Made by a program: the position numbers and the translations under genes. Shown here one piece after another: positions 37,840 to 41,220 of a DNA stretch of 41,220 nucleotides. Positions within the stretch are counted from its first letter, which is position 1. Each line of letters opens with the position of its first letter. The notes beneath the pieces are model-generated. The model was not told where the DNA came from and did not search any database. It worked only from the letters and a program-made list of their open reading frames with translations. Source of the DNA: Nanobdellota archaeon. GTDB lineage: Archaea; Nanobdellota; Nanobdellia; Woesearchaeales; CG1-02-33-12. Location: the NCBI GenBank assembly GCA_018819345.1, contig JAHJQG010000036.1:1-41220 (forward strand), written 5' to 3'.

Positions 37840-39114
37840 TCACGAATAAAAATAAGGAGTTATAGTCATATCTTTACTTGTACATCTCCGTTTTCCTGTT
37901 TTAATATAATGAAGAGGACACCCACCATAACATACTGGTAAATAATAACACTTCCGGCATTTTTCATCCTTGAAAGGATTTGATTTTTGATACCACCTTG
38001 CTATATGCATCGAATTTAGTTGCATATTGCCTGTTTTATCAATATAGCCAATATCCGCTGTTTCTGTCGACTCGTTTATACATTTCCATATTTTTAAATC
38101 AGGGGTAACATAAAAAAAATTAATTCCTCCATCTGATTCACAATATTGCAGATAATAAGCACTTTTAAGTATACTAAATCCATACTTATCTGCTTCATCA
38201 TAAAATTTTTTTAAATCAAAAATTGTATTACTATTAGATACATTGAAATGGCTAGTTGAATAGATTGGCCTAAAATATATATTTATTTTTTTTCTCTCGT
38301 CTTTATCAAACAAATTAAAAATCGACTTAACATCATCAAGACTTTGATTTAATAAATTTACTCGTAGTATAAACTGAATATTTGATTTTATTTTAATAGC
38401 ATATCGTACTGCTGTTGTAAAATTATTGACAATTGTGTCAAAGGTTTCACCATTATTATGTAATACACGAAGTTTATTGTGGGTTTCTTTACGACTGTCT
38501 AATGTAACTTGAATTGAAACACAATTATACTTTAATAATGCACTAACCATATCTTTATCTAATAAGAATCCATTTGTTACAATACTAGTACTTAACTCAT
38601 AACCATATTTTTTACTTTGTATTAATAGGTAATCTAGATAAGAAAAAATTTCATCTTTTTTTAAAAGAGGTTCTCCACCAAATAAACTAATATGTACTCT
38701 TTTTTTATTACAAAAATTTTTATTAGCAAACTTCTTTAAAACATCAAAATAGTTTTTAACTTCATTATTTTCTTTTCCGGGTCCTGCCTCAAAACAATAG
38801 GGACATTTAAAATTACATCGTAATGTTGGTACTAATGCAACAGTAATTTTATCTGTTTGGAAATAATTTGCATTATATAAGTATTCAAGAATTTCAATTT
38901 CATTGATATTATCTGATAAAATAAAACCATTTTTTATCAATATATCTTGGTATTTCTTATTTTTTCCTGTACATGGATCTTTTTTTCTTAATATAGCCTT
39001 TACTTTTCCTAACTCAGCTTTTTTGACCTTAATAGACGCCCTGCTAAATGAATTAAATAAAAAAATAGAATCTTTTTCCAAAAAAAAATTATTATACAGG
39101 CTGGCCTTATACAT
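37840..39114 (-). CDS. Radical SAM/SPASM peptide maturase with N-terminal RRE-like region
   Basis: CNFKCPYC, FGGEP, VTNG, QVTLD; SPASM C...IWKC...CRKCYYLPVCYGGCP...C; N-terminal SLYN..LFNSFS..LIKNGFI. Confidence 0.93.
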   Translation of the reverse strand: MYKASLYNNFFLEKDSIFLFNSFSRASIKVKKAELGKVKAILRKKDPCTGKNKKYQDILIKNGFILSDNINEIEILEYLYNANYFQTDKITVALVPTLRCNFKCPYCFEAGPGKENNEVKNYFDVLKKFANKNFCNKKRVHISLFGGEPLLKKDEIFSYLDYLLIQSKKYGYELSTSIVTNGFLLDKDMVSALLKYNCVSIQVTLDSRKETHNKLRVLHNNGETFDTIVNNFTTAVRYAIKIKSNIQFILRVNLLNQSLDDVKSIFNLFDKDERKKINIYFRPIYSTSHFNVSNSNTIFDLKKFYDEADKYGFSILKSAYYLQYCESDGGINFFYVTPDLKIWKCINESTETADIGYIDKTGNMQLNSMHIARWYQKSNPFKDEKCRKCYYLPVCYGGCPLHYIKTGKRRCTSKDMTITPYFYS

Positions 39115-39154
39115 ACTTCTCTCTCAATAATTTCCTTATATTCTTGATGGCAAA

Positions 39155-39193
39155 GTTGAAGTGAGTGAAAACTCACGCTTCCGCGTACTCAAC
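39155..39193 (-). promoter_or_regulatory. Structured intergenic RNA element between precursor and maturase
   Basis: Minus strand GUUGAG-U-ACGC(GGAA)GCGU-GAGU(UUUC)ACUC-AC-UUCAAC can form a three-way junction with a GNRA loop. Confidence 0.6.
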
Positions 39194-39218
39194 ACTACAT
39201 ACAAAGAGATTAAGAGTT

Positions 39219-39461
39219 TCAGTTACAAGAACCGTTTCCTGTACAGCCACAGGCGTCAAGCCCTAATCTTCGTGTTGGTGTAAGTTCAATTGTATCTGGT
39301 TTAACCACTGCTTCATTAATTACCTTCATAATTTCTTCCGGTTTCGTTTGTTCTGCGTATATTTGATCACCTGTATACACATCTTGTGTCTGGTATGCTC
39401 TGTCTTCTTTTTCCTTTCCTGGAACAGAACTTAACTTTTGTTCTAATGCTTGGCTTACCAT
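39219..39461 (-). CDS. Putative RiPP precursor peptide
   Basis: 80 aa; charged leader and C-terminal core DACGCTGNGSCN; SD GGGGGT; directly upstream of the rSAM/SPASM gene. Confidence 0.78.
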   Translation of the reverse strand: MVSQALEQKLSSVPGKEKEDRAYQTQDVYTGDQIYAEQTKPEEIMKVINEAVVKPDTIELTPTRRLGLDACGCTGNGSCN

Positions 39462-39520
39462 TTTATTTTACCCCCTATTTTTTCAGTTTAGTAATTAATA
39501 TTATACTAATAAACATTGAA

Positions 39521-39533
39521 ATATATAAACTTT
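39521..39533 (-). promoter_or_regulatory. Archaeal BRE/TATA promoter of the precursor-maturase operon
   Basis: AAAGTTTATATAT on the minus strand, same motif as other promoters in the window. Confidence 0.55.
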
Positions 39534-39599
39534 GTGTTGATTTTTCCGGATGATTTCCAAAACAATGATTTCTAATGGTTTTCTCATCCCTTTTCACAA

Positions 39600-39758
39600 T
39601 CGCTTTGAAAGTCCTGTCTTTTAACAGAATCTTCCCTTATTCTAGAGAGTTTATTGTTTATATCCTGAACAAAATGCTCTTTTTTTTGGTCAGGTTAATT
39701 ATATCCTTTTTTACTGCAGAAAAAGAGATAGTTAAATGTCAATAGGGCTTTTTATTTT
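39600..39758. repeat. Right copy of split direct repeat; includes the recombinase 3' end and a decayed fragment of the 36156..37304 gene
   Basis: See 37108-37375; the 108 nt at 37236-37343 are absent from this copy. Confidence 0.92.
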
Positions 39759-40550
39759 TTCCATGGCTGTTTTTGATACATGGGTGTATACCTGGGTTGT
39801 CTCAAGCCTTGAGTGGCCCAAAAGCCTTTGTATATACCTTATGTCAATGCCATGCTCAAGAAGATGTGTTGCAAAGCTGTGCCTCAGGCTGTGAGGTGTT
39901 ACTTTCTTTTTTATGCCTGCTTTTTCAGCTGCTTTTTTGACAATAAGCTCTACTGCCCTTAATGAGTATTTATTGTTCCTGTTTGTCTTGAAGATAATAT
40001 CTTTTTTCTCAATATCTAATGTTTTTAGGTTTTTCTTTAATTTTGGCGAGAGCATTACTATCCTGTCTTTGTTTCCCTTTGCAAGCTTTATATGGATTAT
40101 GTTCCTGTTAAAATCAATATCTTTCCATCTTAAATTAATTATCTCGCTTGCCCTCATCCCAGAAGCATACATCAGCAGCATAATTGTCCTGTGGCCGAAG
40201 TTCTTAGTGCAGATAATCATATTTTCAATTTCTTTTCTTGAAAGGATTACAGGGAGCTTTTTGTCCCTTTTCAGGTTTGGTGTTTTTTCAATAATCCTGT
40301 TTATTGATTTATCCTGTTTTGCCTTAATGGCCAGATAAAACTTGATTGCAAAACCAGCAACCCTTACTGTTTCCTTGCTTTTTCCCTTATCAATAAGATT
40401 CAGCAGGAATTCCCTTGGACCAAGGCCTGATTCAATAAACTTGCCAACATGAAACATGTAAGCGCTTATTGTCTTTTTAGAATAGCCTTTAAGCTTAAGC
40501 TCATCTAGCAATAATTCTTTCCAGTTAGCATCATACAGGGCCCTGTTCAT
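39732..40550 (-). CDS. Tyrosine recombinase (XerA/IntI-related, N-terminal SAM-like domain)
   Basis: YSKKTISAY; YASGMRASE (R), KGNKDR (K), HSLRHSFATHLLE (HxxR), LLGH, TTQVYTHV (Y); C-terminal KSPID; TATA-like AAAAGTTTATAA 40577-40588. Confidence 0.95.
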   Translation of the reverse strand: MNRALYDANWKELLLDELKLKGYSKKTISAYMFHVGKFIESGLGPREFLLNLIDKGKSKETVRVAGFAIKFYLAIKAKQDKSINRIIEKTPNLKRDKKLPVILSRKEIENMIICTKNFGHRTIMLLMYASGMRASEIINLRWKDIDFNRNIIHIKLAKGNKDRIVMLSPKLKKNLKTLDIEKKDIIFKTNRNNKYSLRAVELIVKKAAEKAGIKKKVTPHSLRHSFATHLLEHGIDIRYIQRLLGHSRLETTQVYTHVSKTAMEKIKSPIDI

Positions 40551-40627
40551 CGTAAAGAGGCCCCATCCTTCCTAACTTATAAACTTTTACCTCTTTTTTT
40601 CGGATTATTCCTCCTTAAACCGCAAAA

Positions 40628-41036
40628 TAACCCTGTTTAATAGGTGTTAAAAGAAATTTTTTGCCTCTTTTTGAAATAAAATATAGTCTGCTTCGCAGAG
40701 ATTTTATCAGGCAAAAAAACTCTCGATGAGCCTCTTCACTCCGTGATGAGTCTCTTCGAGCCTGAACAAGTTCAGGTCTCTTAACAAGAATTAAGATGTG
40801 AATTTATTATTTGCTCACGCAAATTTTTGCTTCGCAAAACCATAAATTCCCCCAAATTTCTCCATTTAATGTTCATCCATTGCTACGCAATACCCTAACC
40901 TGAGGGTTGCCTCCACCCATGAACTTAAATTCCAAAACTTCTCTTAATTCTTCAGTTAGTTTCAATAAAATTTGAGTTCTTTTTTTTAAAATGGGGGTCT
41001 GAGGTGCTTCGCACATATAGCCTCGACTTCGTCGAG
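40628..41036. other. ORF-less multi-hairpin region with attI-like site (40628-40654) and attC-like fold-back (40777-40961)
   Basis: Nested inverted repeats and at least six C(TNC)G mini-hairpins seen directly; the recombination-site function is inference. Confidence 0.55.
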
Positions 41037-41220
41037 AGATTTATTTTTTAAGAGGGGCTAATCTCTTTGATGTTTTTTTATTGGGCTGGGCACTTATTTG
41101 TTTTCAAATAATTCCAATTGGGCCTTATTTGGTTCTATATCTAAAACTGAACAATAAATTTTCATTCCTATTTTCTTACCTAATGTATCTATAATTAAAT
41201 CTAATGAACTATTGGTAATA

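Noticed and set aside
5419-40338. Many short track ORFs antisense to or nested in long genes (e.g. 5647, 8113, 10605, 23329, 26638, 36331, 39913)
   Set aside because: Ser/Phe/Ile-rich shadows of K/E-rich sense genes; no motifs or start signals.
39732-40550. Naming the recombinase intI or xerA
   Set aside because: Lacks the IntI insertion and I cannot identify a clear dif site; assignment needs a phylogeny.
40628-41220. tRNA, SRP, RNase P or ribozyme explanation for the structured region
   Set aside because: No cloverleaf/TTCGA-type arm arrangement or conserved cores recognised; loops are DNA-type triloops. An unknown ncRNA is not fully excluded.
40955-41220. A complete second cassette
   Set aside because: No convincing GAAACTAAC-like complementary end before the window stops (AAAACTGAAC near 41143 is a poor match).

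Overview
AT-rich archaeal chromosome segment. RadA, RPA, class I CCA-adding enzyme, Nmd3, TFS, Sec11-type signal peptidase and TATA/BRE promoters identify it as archaeal; a DPANN (Woesearchaeota-like) origin is my inference from gene content and pilin style. Left end (1-4 kb): secreted-protein cluster with a PrcB-type lipoprotein and a subtilase whose catalytic domain carries an inserted CUB domain. 5-9 kb: recombination genes (radA, small putative ssDNA-binding protein, rpa). 9-29 kb: large type IV pilus locus with about 17 class-III-signal (prepilin-like) genes, including two micro-pilins missed by the ORF track and a pilin fused to a degenerate peptidoglycan-amidase-like domain, plus an assembly ATPase, two TadC-like proteins and an interrupting MNT-HEPN toxin-antitoxin pair. 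29-37 kb: Cys-rich surface protein, lipid-phosphate enzymes and housekeeping genes. Right end: a radical SAM/SPASM maturase with a Cys-rich precursor peptide (candidate RiPP) between degenerate direct repeats that include the 3' end of a tyrosine recombinase gene. Upstream of that recombinase is an ORF-less, heavily folded region with integron attI/attC-like geometry and strand-biased GNA mini-hairpins. All calls come from reading motifs by eye; no database search was run.
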